Shown in pieces: positions 31,679-42,677 of a stretch of 64,000 nucleotides of DNA. How positions within the stretch are numbered: the first letter of the stretch is position 1; every line of letters starts with the position of its first letter. The stretch is from Clostridia bacterium (GTDB lineage Bacteria; Bacillota; Clostridia; Christensenellales; CAG-314), in assembly GCA_028703495.1 (NCBI GenBank), contig JAQVMT010000004.1:42479-106478 (forward strand), given 5' to 3'. Position numbers and translations under genes: made by a program. The notes beneath the pieces were generated by a model. It searched no databases. It was not told where the DNA came from and was given only the letters and a program-made list of their open reading frames with translations.

Positions 31679-32026
31679 ATGAAAACACCTGGTCTTATTG
31701 GCAGTTATGTGCAATTGTGGAAACGTTACGTCGACTTTGGCGGTGTAACAGGTGTGGCAGATTTTTGGTGGGCTGTGTTGGCAGATTTTATCATTGCTTG
31801 TGTTTTAGGATCGCTTGGACAGTTTGTAGGCTTTATTTCCTACATATCTTACCTTTATTCGCTTGCGGTACTGATTCCCTCGATTGCTATCTGTATCAGA
31901 CGTTTGCGCGATGCAGGATATGCGTGGCAGAACATTTTCTGGATTTTTCTTCCTATTGCGGGTTGGATTATACTTGTTATTAAGTTTTGCAAGCCTACAG
32001 GATCTCAAATTCAAGGAAACGATTAA
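31679..32026 (+). CDS. DUF805-family inner membrane protein
   Basis: RLRDAGYAWQNIFWIFLPIAGWIILV is the typical DUF805 (YhaH-like) motif. RBS aaaggagtagc. Confidence 0.7.
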   Translation: MKTPGLIGSYVQLWKRYVDFGGVTGVADFWWAVLADFIIACVLGSLGQFVGFISYISYLYSLAVLIPSIAICIRRLRDAGYAWQNIFWIFLPIAGWIILVIKFCKPTGSQIQGND

Positions 32027-32323
32027 TCCGACCGAAAGATATTTGATTAATTCGCTTGACGATTAAGTCGATTTAATGTTGTTTTCTTCATTCTATCGAC
32101 AATAAAGGCACGCGCTACTGTTTTAATCGGTTTGCGCGTTTCTTTTTGCACTTTGGCAACATCGCGTCAAAGAATATTTACATTTTAACGTAATGCAAAA
32201 CAATAGATTACTCCGAAGAAAACCGCATCAAAATGTGTGTTATCAAGCGGATTAGTGGTTGAATTCGCTAGGTATATGCTTTGACACCTACAAGGGGAAG
32301 ATTATCGAATAAGGGTAAACGTT

Positions 32324-33175
32324 ATGGAAGGGAAGTTTTTAGTGGCGAGAGCGGGTTTGCATTTTTGGGAGGAGCCGCCCATTTCCGGTACGAAAGGAAG
32401 CGGAACGGTGTTTTTCGGGGGCTGTTTGCTTAAATGTGTGTATTGCCAAAACTACAAAATCAGCCGTAAGCCCTACGGAATGGCTTTGACGGGTGAGCAA
32501 TTGACGGATATTATCTGCTATTTGCAGGATTGCGGTGCGCATAACATCAATTTAGTGACGCCCTCGCATTACATTAAGCTTATGCCGAAGCTGCTGGAGA
32601 ATGCGAAGAAGCGGATTTCCATTCCGATTCTGTACAATTGCGGAGGCTATGAGAACCTCGAGGGGTTGAAGCGGCTGGACGGGCTTGTTGACATTTATTT
32701 GCCCGATTTCAAGTATGGAAACAACGCTTTGGGGCGGAAGTATTCGGGAATATCCGACTATTTCGACGTGGCTTGCGCGGCATTGGCGGAGATGCGCCGC
32801 CAGCAACCCGACTGCGTTTTCGACTCCGACGGAATTATGCAAAGGGGTATGCTTGTTCGCCATTTGGTATTGCCGGGAATGCTTGTCAACAGCAAAAAGG
32901 TACTAAAGTGCATTGCAGACTTGGATAAATCGCTTTACGTAAGCCTGATGTGCCAGTATTTTCCGCCGCGAAAGGAGCTTCCGTCGCCTCTCAACCGTCG
33001 CTTGACACAAGCCGAATACGACAATATTTGTTATTTCTTCGATTCGTGCGGTCTGTCGAACGGCTTCACCCAGGAGCTTTCGAGCGCGACCGAGGATTAC
33101 GTCCCCGACTTTGATTTAGACTTGCTCAAAGAGGTGTTGGACAAATCGACATCATTTTCCGATAAGAAAGAGTAA
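32324..33175 (+). CDS. Radical SAM protein, PflX-like (COG1313) putative activating enzyme
   Basis: HFWEEPPISGTKGSGTVFFGGCLLKCVYCQNY contains the CX3CX2C cluster in the PflX-family context. Confidence 0.75.
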   Translation: MEGKFLVARAGLHFWEEPPISGTKGSGTVFFGGCLLKCVYCQNYKISRKPYGMALTGEQLTDIICYLQDCGAHNINLVTPSHYIKLMPKLLENAKKRISIPILYNCGGYENLEGLKRLDGLVDIYLPDFKYGNNALGRKYSGISDYFDVACAALAEMRRQQPDCVFDSDGIMQRGMLVRHLVLPGMLVNSKKVLKCIADLDKSLYVSLMCQYFPPRKELPSPLNRRLTQAEYDNICYFFDSCGLSNGFTQELSSATEDYVPDFDLDLLKEVLDKSTSFSDKKE

Positions 33176-33179
33176 ACTC

Positions 33180-33400
33180 AATTAGTTATACCTGTCGCAG
33201 TTGTCTTGAACGGAGAAAAGTCCATTTCCGATAAGAAAGTGTAGGCATAATAAGGCATACATCTCGCAGTTGTTACAGACGAGCAAAGGACCTTTTCCGA
33301 CAAGAAAGGGTAAGCATAATTAAGTTTACCCTACCGAGGTTCTCTTGCGCGGGCAAAGGACCTTTTCCGACAAGAAAAAGCAGGTAAAATAAGTATCGGG
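33180..33400. repeat. Three tandem echo copies, about 60 nt each, of the radical-SAM gene 3-prime end
   Basis: The gene ends tcattttccgataagaaagagtaaactcaattagtta. Downstream copies read aaaagtccatttccgataagaaagtgtaggcataat, aaaggaccttttccgacaagaaagggtaagcataat and aaaggaccttttccgacaagaaaaagcaggtaaaat. Confidence 0.9.
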
Positions 33401-33812
33401 CGCTCAAAGGTTGAGCGTGTAAAGCAATGCTTTGTGCATTTTGGAAATATGACTTCAAGAATACGTTTGTCTTTATTCAGAAATTATACTAGCAAACACC
33501 TATTTTCAACATTTTTTGTCTAATCACTTGATTTTCTGTCAAGTTTTTGATAAAATATCCGATAGTAGAAACCGCAGTCGAATTTCTAGGTCCGATTTAA
33601 GCGGATTGTTTTTGTCGGTATCGAACGGTACTATAAAGTCAGTTCGGCTTTGCGGATGTTCCTATTTAGGGTTGGATATAGAAAACGATGCTGTCGCGCA
33701 GTTTTGTGGTTGCATGGCGGTTACAGTTATAAATGGATATAAGTTACCGTACGGCTTAACGTGTTTCCGCAATCCGGGAAAGGGTTGATGGAGCAAAGGA
33801 GGATATGCATAT

Positions 33813-34478
33813 ATGGACTGGCTGACGTTTTTCTCGCAATTACTGCCATTCTTGGGGGCGGGAATCGGGTTTATTTATGGTGCAAAGAAGCTTTTCAAGA
33901 AGAAGATCGCACTATATATGCAGCTTATCGTATGCGCACTCGGTTGTTTGATGCTCGGACGGTTGTTTGCCTTGGTAAATCTCGTTGCTATAGGCTCGAT
34001 ACCTCGAGGATTTCAAGTAGGGTTGTTGGGAACATTCGGGTGCTTTTTGTTCTTGTTTTCGGCAAATTTCGGACAGATGGACGGATTGGTTGACGGCCGT
34101 GAAAAGGAGTATCGCAAGTATAGATTGCTGTCGTTACTTGCGCCTGCGTGTATTTTGGCGATATATTTGCCCGTGCTGTTTGCCGATTGCGGTTTGGAGA
34201 TAAAAATTGTAACGGCGGTGATCGTATTTCCGATTTTGGAAGCGGCTTACTACAATCTCAAGCATTTGATTATGCCCGATGTGGATATGGGAATTCTGGA
34301 TTCCATACGCAAATACAACTTTGTTGCGCTTATACTGTCCTTGGTGTGTGCGATCGATTTGACCTTAAGTGCTTTCGAATGTCAAATCGGCTTGCTTATA
34401 AACGCCGTAATTATGGCGGCGGTTTGTCTTGTGCTTGTTCCGACACTGGATAGGGGGGCAAAGAAATGGACAATTTGA
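33813..34478 (+). CDS. Polytopic membrane protein, degenerate PrsW-like paralog
   Basis: Six or seven hydrophobic helices. It shares only the F.ILE..YYN motif with the next gene. The EExxK and H...N motifs are lacking. Confidence 0.5.
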   Translation: MDWLTFFSQLLPFLGAGIGFIYGAKKLFKKKIALYMQLIVCALGCLMLGRLFALVNLVAIGSIPRGFQVGLLGTFGCFLFLFSANFGQMDGLVDGREKEYRKYRLLSLLAPACILAIYLPVLFADCGLEIKIVTAVIVFPILEAAYYNLKHLIMPDVDMGILDSIRKYNFVALILSLVCAIDLTLSAFECQIGLLINAVIMAAVCLVLVPTLDRGAKKWTI

Positions 34479-35104
34479 TTTACATATTATTCTTTTGCAT
34501 TGTTGCGCCTTTGACACTGATGTTATTTCTGTTGGAGAAGAAGTCACGGCTTGTCGTCGGGTTTATGATAATAGGAATATGTATGTGCATATTCGTTGCC
34601 GAGATCAACGGATTATTGCTTGGCATACTCGGGAAAAACATATTCTACATCACAACGACGGTCACTCCCATTACGGAGGAAATTGTCAAGGCGTTACCCG
34701 TGTTATTCTTCGCTTTCGTCTTTTCGGACAAACGCGAAACCTTGCTTTCCATCTCTATGGCTGTGGGAATCGGGTTTGCGATACTAGAAAACTCTTACAT
34801 ATTGGTGAGCAATATCGATACGATATCGATCGGCTGGTCGCTGATACGTGGTTTCGGTGCGGGACTTATGCACGGAATATGCACCGCGGCGGTGGGTTAC
34901 GGCATTTCCTTTGTAAGAAAGAGGAAAAAGCTGTTCTACACGGGTACTTTCGCGCTTTTGTCTGCCGCGATCATATACCACGCGACATACAATTGCCTTG
35001 TGCAGTCGAACTTCAAATACGCAGGCTTTCTGCTACCCTTGCTTACGTATATTCCGATTGTAATTGCATTGATTAAACGTCGCAAAAAGACAAAAAGCGA
35101 ATAG
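34466..35104 (+). CDS. PrsW-family intramembrane metalloprotease
   Basis: TEEIVK (EExxK), GFAILENSYIL (FxxxENxxY) and HATYNC (HxxxN) are the three PrsW signature motifs. Overlaps the upstream gene by 13 nt. Confidence 0.7.
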   Translation: MDNLIYILFFCIVAPLTLMLFLLEKKSRLVVGFMIIGICMCIFVAEINGLLLGILGKNIFYITTTVTPITEEIVKALPVLFFAFVFSDKRETLLSISMAVGIGFAILENSYILVSNIDTISIGWSLIRGFGAGLMHGICTAAVGYGISFVRKRKKLFYTGTFALLSAAIIYHATYNCLVQSNFKYAGFLLPLLTYIPIVIALIKRRKKTKSE

Positions 35105-35241
35105 TGCTTTATTTGACTTATTACCTCCCCGATTCCAAACGCTTTAGCTTGGCGCGTGATTTGCATATTTGTATGCTGCAAACATAGCTGCAATCGGGCT
35201 TGTTAGTGTCCCCGAATCCATACGCTTTGGATTGAAAGGAG

Positions 35242-35607
35242 TTGCGCGGATTGAGTGTAAGGTATAAAAAAGGAGAAATGAATTTGGAAAATTGCGATAA
35301 AAAAAACAACTCGGTATCCGAATCGATGTCGGAGGAGTCGGTGATGACCTTTGGGACTTCCAAGGCAAAAAGGGAGCGCAAGCTGAAGCTTGTTTTGGCA
35401 ATCGAGCTGTGCGCATCGTTGTTTGTGTGTTTAATTATTGCTATGTGCATCAATTATTCTTTGGCTACACGCGACCGTGTGGGCTATATGCTTATCGACA
35501 TAGCTTCGGTATTCGGAACGCCTTCGGGACTTATCATTGCAGGAGTTATTTTCGGCATACTTGCAATTATCTTTATCATTATCTATATCAAGAAGCGCAA
35601 GAAATAG
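35242..35607 (+). CDS. Small membrane protein (two TM helices)
   Basis: Hydrophobic segments LVLAIELCASLFVCLIIAMCI and LIIAGVIFGILAIIFIIIYI, with a KKRKK tail. An alternative start is at 35278. Confidence 0.5.
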   Translation: MRGLSVRYKKGEMNLENCDKKNNSVSESMSEESVMTFGTSKAKRERKLKLVLAIELCASLFVCLIIAMCINYSLATRDRVGYMLIDIASVFGTPSGLIIAGVIFGILAIIFIIIYIKKRKK

Positions 35608-35631
35608 ATGTACTTGTTTTGCTGTTGCAAA

Positions 35632-35825
35632 GCCGTACGCGTGGAGCAATGGTATAAACGCAAGCTCGAACGCTTGACTAAAGACGGTTTGCGAAGGCGG
35701 ACGCGTGGAGCAATGGTATAAACGCAAGCTTGAACGTTTGACTAAAGATGGTTTGCGAAGCCGTACGTGTGTAGCAGTGGTATAAACGCAAGCTTGAACG
35801 CTTGACAAAAGACGGTTTGTAAGGG
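35632..35825. repeat. Tandem repeat, 64-nt unit x3
   Basis: ccgtacgcgtggagcaatggtataaacgcaagctcgaacgcttgactaaagacggtttgcgaag at 35632, 35696 and 35760. It loosely echoes the upstream gene end tatcaagaagcgcaagaaatag. Confidence 0.9.
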
Positions 35826-35884
35826 GTAGAAGGATAAAATATACATCTCGGCAGTGTCATAATCCCCAAAGTTATATTTTATTT

Positions 35885-36010
35885 GCGAATGAGTTCGGTG
35901 GTAATTGAGCTCATTTTTTATTCTTATTCGATGGGTTCGGTGGTAATCGGACTTTTTTTAATTCTAATCCGATAAGTGCGGTGGTAATTGAACTCATTTT
36001 GTTTTCTGTA
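35885..36010. repeat. Tandem repeat, about 43-nt unit x3. The first copy forms a terminator-like hairpin with a T-run.
   Basis: aATGAGTTCggtggtaattGAGCTCATtttttatt, followed by two degenerate copies. Confidence 0.8.
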
Positions 36011-36215
36011 AAAATTCGCTTTGATACGTGAAAAATAAATTAATTTACCTAACTGTGATAAAAGCCTATATTATTCTAAAGTTCATGATTAAAAAGCTTA
36101 TTCAAATGGTTTTTCCGAAGTAAAATGCGCCTGAAAAGATATTTCAAGCGCATTTATCCTAACGTTGTAAGTTGGTCGCCGTCATTTTTATATGCGGACC
36201 AAGCAATTCACGGTT

Positions 36216-39200
36216 TTATTTATCTGCGTAAGCAAAATAATGAATCCAAATATACGAATAGTAGCTTGCATCGTTGCCGCATACAATCGTAATTCTGTTT
36301 TCGTCGTTCACGTCCTCGATATGGGAGTCGAAGTTGGCGTAATATAGGCTTTTGTCGTATTCGATTAAGCCCTCGAGAGTGGGAGCTTTTTCGCTGTTAA
36401 ACTCCAAGAACTCGAGATTGTCGCAACCGCGGAAGGCGTTCGCGCCCACAACCTTCAGGGTTGACGGCAATACGATTCTCTTTACGTAAGTGTTGTTTTG
36501 CATAGCGAATGCCGATATTTTCACGACGCCCTCGGTTATAACCAAGGTTTCATCGGTGAAGTCGGAAATCATGATTATCATGGTTTTGGATCCGTTATAA
36601 AGGATACCGTTTTCCGAAACGTAATTACGATTCTTCTCGTCTACCTCGATGCTATCGACGGGGGAGTTAATAAAGGCAAACGGAATATCGAAGAAGCAAG
36701 TGCTTTCACTGATGAACACGTCAGTCAGCTTTGAGCAGCTGCGGAAGGCAAAGCTTCCGACAAATTCCAAGTCGCCCAAAGAAACCGAGTTTAGTCCAGA
36801 ACATTCGAACGAAGATCTGCCGATTGACACAACGTTTGCCAAATCGATTGAGTTAACGAAGCCGGCGTAAATGAATGCTCTGTCGGCAATGGATATTACC
36901 GTATCGGGAACGGCATACTCGGTGCCTTCCATTTGAGCGGGATACCATATTAACGAAGTAAGTTTTTTATCAAATAGAACGCCGCCTTGTGAGGCATAAG
37001 CCTCGTTGTCTTCCGAAACCTCGATGAATTTTACGTTTTTGCACTCAAAGAAGACTATTTCGCTTTCGATATCTGTCAAACCTTCGCCCAGATATATTTC
37101 CTCTAGTCCCGAATACGCGAAGCACTCGTATCCCAAATAGCTTATACAGGAGAAGTCGAAGGCGGTCAAACTTGTACAACCGTAGAAGACTCGAGAGTAT
37201 AGCTCGCACAAATCGCAGCCCAATTCGATGCTCGTAAGGCTTTCACAATTCATAAAGGCTTCATCCTCGACATAGTAACAGTCGGGAAAGCTTAATGATT
37301 TAAGAGATCTGCAATTTTTAAAAGCACAGCCGTATATCTCGTAGATGCAACCCAATACTTCGACACTCTCTAAGGAGTAGCAATTCTCGAAACCCGCCAA
37401 GCATTCGATGCTTTCCGGGATGGTGATTTCCTTTAATGAATGACAGTTGATGAAGGCTCCCTCGATATAATATACGCCTTCCATTCCCATAATGTACTCT
37501 AAACTAGTACAGCCATTAAACGCGCAATATATTTCCTCGACCGAAGCAGGAACAAAAATGGATTTCAGACTTGTGCAGTTTGCGAACATCCAATTCATAT
37601 TAGTTGTATTTTCGGGTAACGTTATGTTTTCAATGGACCTGCAGTTGAAGAAGGTCTGTCCACCGTTTAGTTCCTCGACATTTTCCAAGCCTACGACTTC
37701 GGTAAGTGAGGTAAAGCCCTTGAATGCGTCCGAGCCTAAGACGGTCAAGCCCTCACCCAATATAACCTTTGTAAGCAAAGGCTTTTCGGTTTCATTGATA
37801 TTTGAACCTATCATTCTGGAATATGCTAAAGTTCCTACTTCCATATCGATTATTTGATATGTATTTGAGAAGAAAGCCAAGCTACTAGAAGCTGTTCCAA
37901 GCATATTGCCGCCTGTTACGGTATCGGGAATTGTAAATTCTCCTGAGAAGTCCCATACCGATGTGGTGTACATCATAGTTTTATCGTTGTTGTACATAAT
38001 TCCTGTTGCTTCGTCCACGAACATATACTCATTGTCGTCCGAAACAGAAAAGCTCTTTAGAAATGAGTTGTTGCAGAAAGCTTCTTGCGAGATGGCGATA
38101 ACGTTATCGTGGAAGATAACTCTCTTTATACTTTCGGATCCAAACGCAAGTCCCTTAATATTGACACTTCCGTAGAAGTGCAATATTTCGAGATTAGTCA
38201 TGAAGCAGAATGAGAACCTTTGCATACTCGGACCTGTACCCAGATCGATGTCGCCGTGGAATTCCAAAATTCTGCAGTTCGGAATTGATGCCATAAAATC
38301 TCCCTTTGTTGTGAGGTTGCCATAGAAGTATACTTCCTCCAAGCTTTCTGCAGAGAAACACTGCTCGAAGGTTGCATCGGCGTAGCAGGTGAATTTCTTC
38401 AGATCACGTAAGCCGTTAAATGCTCGCGCTCCTACAGTAAGGGTTCCCGCTGGTAATGTAAGTTCCTCTAATTCCCAACAGAAATAAAAGCAGCTTTCGC
38501 CCACATACGTTAATTGAGTGTCCTGTAAGTTGATTGACTTCAATCCCAAACATTCATAAAAGCACAAATGATCAATTCGAGTTAGTTGCGAGCCTTCCTC
38601 GAAGGTTACCTTTTCCAGATAGAAACAGTAGATGAACACACTTTGCATCAATGCCGTAATTTCTTTGGGAATCCAAACCGACGTAAGGGTATAACATCTG
38701 CTGAATGCATTTCTACCGATTTCGGTTATTCCCATATCGTTGGGAATAGCCACATCACCTCCCTTGCCGTTGTACTTTTTTAATACTCCGTCTACAACGA
38801 TAAACTCCTCTACCTGATCGTTTTCTGCTTGTGCTTCGACTGTATCGACAATACCATCGAACCTGTCGCTTGTTACATTTAAGACATCGCCGTCGAAGTC
38901 GTAGCTCCCCGTTATCACATTATTTGCCGTAATGTTGTTCACTTCCTCGACTGGAAGATTAATTTCACCTAAATTGATTATTGTTTGGTTGAGAGCGTAG
39001 TCCATTAACATCAAGTAAAAGTCGCCGTCCACGTATTGCATAAAGTCGGTTACATCCAATCTGTATTCGTTGGCTTCACCTCGCTTCCACTTATATGCGG
39101 GTATCGCGTAGGGATACGCTGTACTCACCGTTTCTCCGCCGTCAACGCTCTTACAGATAAAGAAGTTTGAAAGATAGTGATTGTCATAAACCTCCATATT

Positions 39201-42197
39201 GACGTAAACCTTGTCGTTCTCGTAAACCAATCCCGCATCCAAAACCATAGGATTTTCCGAGTCGATAAGTATCGGGAAGGTCATGCTTTGAGTCGAATAT
39301 TCGCCTTCCCCATCGACTTCTGCTATAAGCTCTAATTCCAACTGCTGATTGTTGGAAAAAGCAAAGTCTTCAATTAAAATGTTTAAGATATGTGAAGGCA
39401 TACTCGCCGATCCGTTGTCTAAATAAGTGCTTGTAACGTCCACTGCATATGCTCCGTAATATTCCGTACCCGAGGCAACGTCTCTTAAAATGTATGTAAG
39501 CTTGGTGATGTTGCGCAACAAAGACAGATTTACGCGGAACAGCGCGCGATTTCCGTAGACTTGTTGAGATAATGCGATATAACTCTCATCGGTTTCGGGC
39601 CTTTCATAATCCATTCCTTCGGGCAAATTCCAAGTTATATATCCGCCGAACGGGATATAGTAATCCCACCCAAACAAGTTGTACAGCCCCATCAAAAAAG
39701 TGTTCGTAATGTACGGATCCTTATTGTCGTATGCCGTGGAGTCGAACACGAGAGCTTTCGTCCAATCGCCGTAAAAGCTTAGGAAAGGTATAGACAAATC
39801 TACATTATCTTTAGAGTTTAAGGATACGAAGCCTTCGACGTATATTCCATTCTCAAACTGATCCAAATAGGCTATGTCTTTATTCGTAAGATACAAGACC
39901 ACCGTAATTATAGCGGTTTGTCCGCCTTCTACCGTTACTGCCGTGCCTTCTATGGTGCCGTTGCTTACTGCAAGCGTCCAATCGGGATTTAACTCATACG
40001 GAACAAGTCCTAAATCGCCGTAATTGAAGGTTTCGGTAATTACGTCGGGATTTATCGCATAGCTTAAACTCTCGGTTCCGAAGTTTACCAAGTTGAATTT
40101 AAGAGTGTAAATTCCCTCTTTATTTTTGTCGTGACCGATGCTTAGGCTTGTCGAATCCTTTCCCGTCACCGAAAGGTACGCGTTGCTCAAGACGGCGGCT
40201 TGAACGTCGGCAAGTCCGCTTCCCTGATGTCTGGGCGAGTAAACCACGCCGTTTATGTCGCGAAGCGCAGTTGCCGTGCTCATCACCAGTTGCTTTGCAA
40301 CAGTTTGTTGCCGAGCCTCGCTTAGTTCCGGCATAGATTGCTTCAAATATTGCTTAACCGCAGTCAAAATACCTGCGGCGTTAGGCGAAGCCATACTCGT
40401 GCCGCTCATATAGCCGTATGCGTTTTTCAAATAACTGGAGTATACGTTACCACCGAAGGATGCAAAATCGATTCCCAACTCGAGGTTGCACAATGGTCCC
40501 CAAGCCGAATAGTCGTTTATGGTGTAATAGAAATCCTCTTTATCCAACCTTACGGTGATATTACTCTGCGAGCAAAGCCGTTCAATACTCAACGCATCTT
40601 CAAGATCCACGACGCAAAGAGCGAAGTCGAATTCATCGGACACCGAAGGCACAACATTCGTTTCGATCGTGTTTCCGACAATACAGCCAATAGCGCCTTG
40701 AGCCTGTGCATTGAGAGCCTTTTGCTCAAAGGACAACTCGCCGCGCTTTACGAACACAATTTTGTTCGTAACGTCGATGCCCTCATAGTCCTCGTCGACA
40801 CCAGTTCCCGCGATGAAAACAATTTCAAATTCTCCCGAATCGTTTTCGCCGAGCATTTTCCCGGTAAAGTCCAAAAGGATTTGACTTGCGGTTTGACAGT
40901 TCCTTATTGTGTACTTGCTTTCCCCGATAATAAAATAGAAATTTACCGTGCTTTCGACCGAAGCGGTAGCGTTAGCCGCGTTGTACGAGGCGGGACCGCT
41001 TATTGTGCCGGTATCGGGAATATCCGCCGAATCCCCGCCCGACGTATTTTCGATAAGGTAAGTTTTGCTGTATGAATTACCCGCCGAACATACGATCGTA
41101 ACGCCGACCTGTTTGGCAAGGTCGAGCGCGTTACAACAAAAGTCCATGCTCTCGCTTTGGTAGGTAGGAAATCCCATAGGAAAGCCCATCGAAATATTTA
41201 CAACATCCACCCCTAGCAAAATGCAGTCGTTCAGAGCGCTAATGATGTTGACTATGGTTGCGCTACCCTGTGCGTTTCCTACCTTCATAGCCACAATTTG
41301 CGCATCGGGGACAACACCCGTTATAACGTTGTCGTTACCTGTCAAAATACCCGAAACGTGAGTGCCGTGTCCGTTGTCGTCCTCCCCGCTCGCGTTTTTC
41401 GATACATAGTTGAATTGAAACGCAATTTTATCCGAATAATATGCCTTCGTGGCATTTGTTCTACTCGCACACGAAAGCTTGGGAATAATAGTGTTCAATT
41501 CGGCTTTGGTAAGTGATATGGATGACGGAGCCTGTGCAAAGGCGGTATTGGCTCGCATAATGCCGGTATCGATTACCGCAACGACCATTCCGTCACCTTG
41601 GTATTCGGTGCCGTTTGTGGCGATTCCGTTAGTGCTCATAACCGAGGAATAAACAGCTTCGGTGTCCACGCTGTTTATTACCATATCCGTAGATACGATC
41701 ACGTTTTTAACTCCCTCAATTTTGCATATGGTCGAAATATCTCCGTATCTGACCTCCGTTGTAAAGGCATTGAGCAGAGCCTTGATGCTGAAGTCGGCTT
41801 CGGTTACGTAGCCGCCTGCTACAAGTGCATCGATCACGCGTTTCTGCGTCACATCGATTTTTGCGGTAGCCAAGTCGCCCTCCGATGAACTCACGAACTC
41901 GGTAAAGGAACAAGACATATCCTGTTCGGAGTAAATTTCAACCAAAGAGTTTCCTTTGATTTCCACAATCACACCGACCATTTCGTCCGCACTGTGCAAA
42001 TCGGTTGCCCTGGTCACGTCGGCGCTTAACGCCGTGCTTATGTCCACCGTGCCATCGAAGACGGAAAAGCCCGCATTCCCAGACTCTACCTCGACGGGCG
42101 TTACGGTGACTCTGCCGTTGGCAAGACCGCAACCCGCCAGAATCAACGCCATAGCCGCCAACAAGTAGACTATCATTGACATCTTTCTGTTTTTCAT
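36216..42197 (-). CDS. Giant cell-envelope lipoprotein: S8 subtilisin-like peptidase with a PA-domain insert, a middle beta-rich region and about 900 aa of C-terminal BspA-type leucine-rich repeats
   Basis: Lipobox LILAGCG. Catalytic triad motifs VAVIDTGI, HGTHVSG and GTSMASP. PA insert between His and Ser. C-terminal repeats follow the IP..V..IG..AF..C..L pattern (for example ITEIGRNAFSRCYTLTSVWIP). GGAGG RBS before ATG 42197. Confidence 0.85.
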   Translation of the reverse strand: MKNRKMSMIVYLLAAMALILAGCGLANGRVTVTPVEVESGNAGFSVFDGTVDISTALSADVTRATDLHSADEMVGVIVEIKGNSLVEIYSEQDMSCSFTEFVSSSEGDLATAKIDVTQKRVIDALVAGGYVTEADFSIKALLNAFTTEVRYGDISTICKIEGVKNVIVSTDMVINSVDTEAVYSSVMSTNGIATNGTEYQGDGMVVAVIDTGIMRANTAFAQAPSSISLTKAELNTIIPKLSCASRTNATKAYYSDKIAFQFNYVSKNASGEDDNGHGTHVSGILTGNDNVITGVVPDAQIVAMKVGNAQGSATIVNIISALNDCILLGVDVVNISMGFPMGFPTYQSESMDFCCNALDLAKQVGVTIVCSAGNSYSKTYLIENTSGGDSADIPDTGTISGPASYNAANATASVESTVNFYFIIGESKYTIRNCQTASQILLDFTGKMLGENDSGEFEIVFIAGTGVDEDYEGIDVTNKIVFVKRGELSFEQKALNAQAQGAIGCIVGNTIETNVVPSVSDEFDFALCVVDLEDALSIERLCSQSNITVRLDKEDFYYTINDYSAWGPLCNLELGIDFASFGGNVYSSYLKNAYGYMSGTSMASPNAAGILTAVKQYLKQSMPELSEARQQTVAKQLVMSTATALRDINGVVYSPRHQGSGLADVQAAVLSNAYLSVTGKDSTSLSIGHDKNKEGIYTLKFNLVNFGTESLSYAINPDVITETFNYGDLGLVPYELNPDWTLAVSNGTIEGTAVTVEGGQTAIITVVLYLTNKDIAYLDQFENGIYVEGFVSLNSKDNVDLSIPFLSFYGDWTKALVFDSTAYDNKDPYITNTFLMGLYNLFGWDYYIPFGGYITWNLPEGMDYERPETDESYIALSQQVYGNRALFRVNLSLLRNITKLTYILRDVASGTEYYGAYAVDVTSTYLDNGSASMPSHILNILIEDFAFSNNQQLELELIAEVDGEGEYSTQSMTFPILIDSENPMVLDAGLVYENDKVYVNMEVYDNHYLSNFFICKSVDGGETVSTAYPYAIPAYKWKRGEANEYRLDVTDFMQYVDGDFYLMLMDYALNQTIINLGEINLPVEEVNNITANNVITGSYDFDGDVLNVTSDRFDGIVDTVEAQAENDQVEEFIVVDGVLKKYNGKGGDVAIPNDMGITEIGRNAFSRCYTLTSVWIPKEITALMQSVFIYCFYLEKVTFEEGSQLTRIDHLCFYECLGLKSINLQDTQLTYVGESCFYFCWELEELTLPAGTLTVGARAFNGLRDLKKFTCYADATFEQCFSAESLEEVYFYGNLTTKGDFMASIPNCRILEFHGDIDLGTGPSMQRFSFCFMTNLEILHFYGSVNIKGLAFGSESIKRVIFHDNVIAISQEAFCNNSFLKSFSVSDDNEYMFVDEATGIMYNNDKTMMYTTSVWDFSGEFTIPDTVTGGNMLGTASSSLAFFSNTYQIIDMEVGTLAYSRMIGSNINETEKPLLTKVILGEGLTVLGSDAFKGFTSLTEVVGLENVEELNGGQTFFNCRSIENITLPENTTNMNWMFANCTSLKSIFVPASVEEIYCAFNGCTSLEYIMGMEGVYYIEGAFINCHSLKEITIPESIECLAGFENCYSLESVEVLGCIYEIYGCAFKNCRSLKSLSFPDCYYVEDEAFMNCESLTSIELGCDLCELYSRVFYGCTSLTAFDFSCISYLGYECFAYSGLEEIYLGEGLTDIESEIVFFECKNVKFIEVSEDNEAYASQGGVLFDKKLTSLIWYPAQMEGTEYAVPDTVISIADRAFIYAGFVNSIDLANVVSIGRSSFECSGLNSVSLGDLEFVGSFAFRSCSKLTDVFISESTCFFDIPFAFINSPVDSIEVDEKNRNYVSENGILYNGSKTMIIMISDFTDETLVITEGVVKISAFAMQNNTYVKRIVLPSTLKVVGANAFRGCDNLEFLEFNSEKAPTLEGLIEYDKSLYYANFDSHIEDVNDENRITIVCGNDASYYSYIWIHYFAYADK

Positions 42198-42677
42198 ACG
42201 TTACCTCCAATTTGTTTTTTCATATAACCCTCCGAACCTGCCTATTGAATGAGCTTTTGCGAATCTGTTTTTTATTTTCTCGACTCCTATAAGAACGGAC
42301 GCATATAATTCATCCCTTTGAGTGAAAATTCGGACTGTATTCGTAAAGTTAGTCTGCGGTTCGAGAAGAACCGGGACACTACGCTCTGTTCCAAGCGACT
42401 GAAAATATTTGTCCCGTCAAAAAGACATTTTTTCCGTTATGTCGATTAAAATATCGCAGAATCCCGACTGCTGTCACTCTCGAACCTTCTCATGGAATAC
42501 GAAAAGAATTTAATCCAAAGCTCTCTGATATTTACCCTAAAACGCCGTATTTAAGGTTAATGTGCGTCATTTCAGCCCTGCATAAAAAACTCTCATTAAA
42601 AATAGCACATTATACTTGCTTTTTCAAGTCACATTTGATACAATACTAGACAAAAATTATGCTTTTTAGAGGATAGT

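Noticed and set aside
35632-35825. Possible CRISPR array, from regular 64-nt and 120-nt tandem units here and at 29672-29985
   Set aside because: Units are contiguous with no unique spacers. Copy number is only 2-3. No cas genes are in the window. These are plain tandem repeats.
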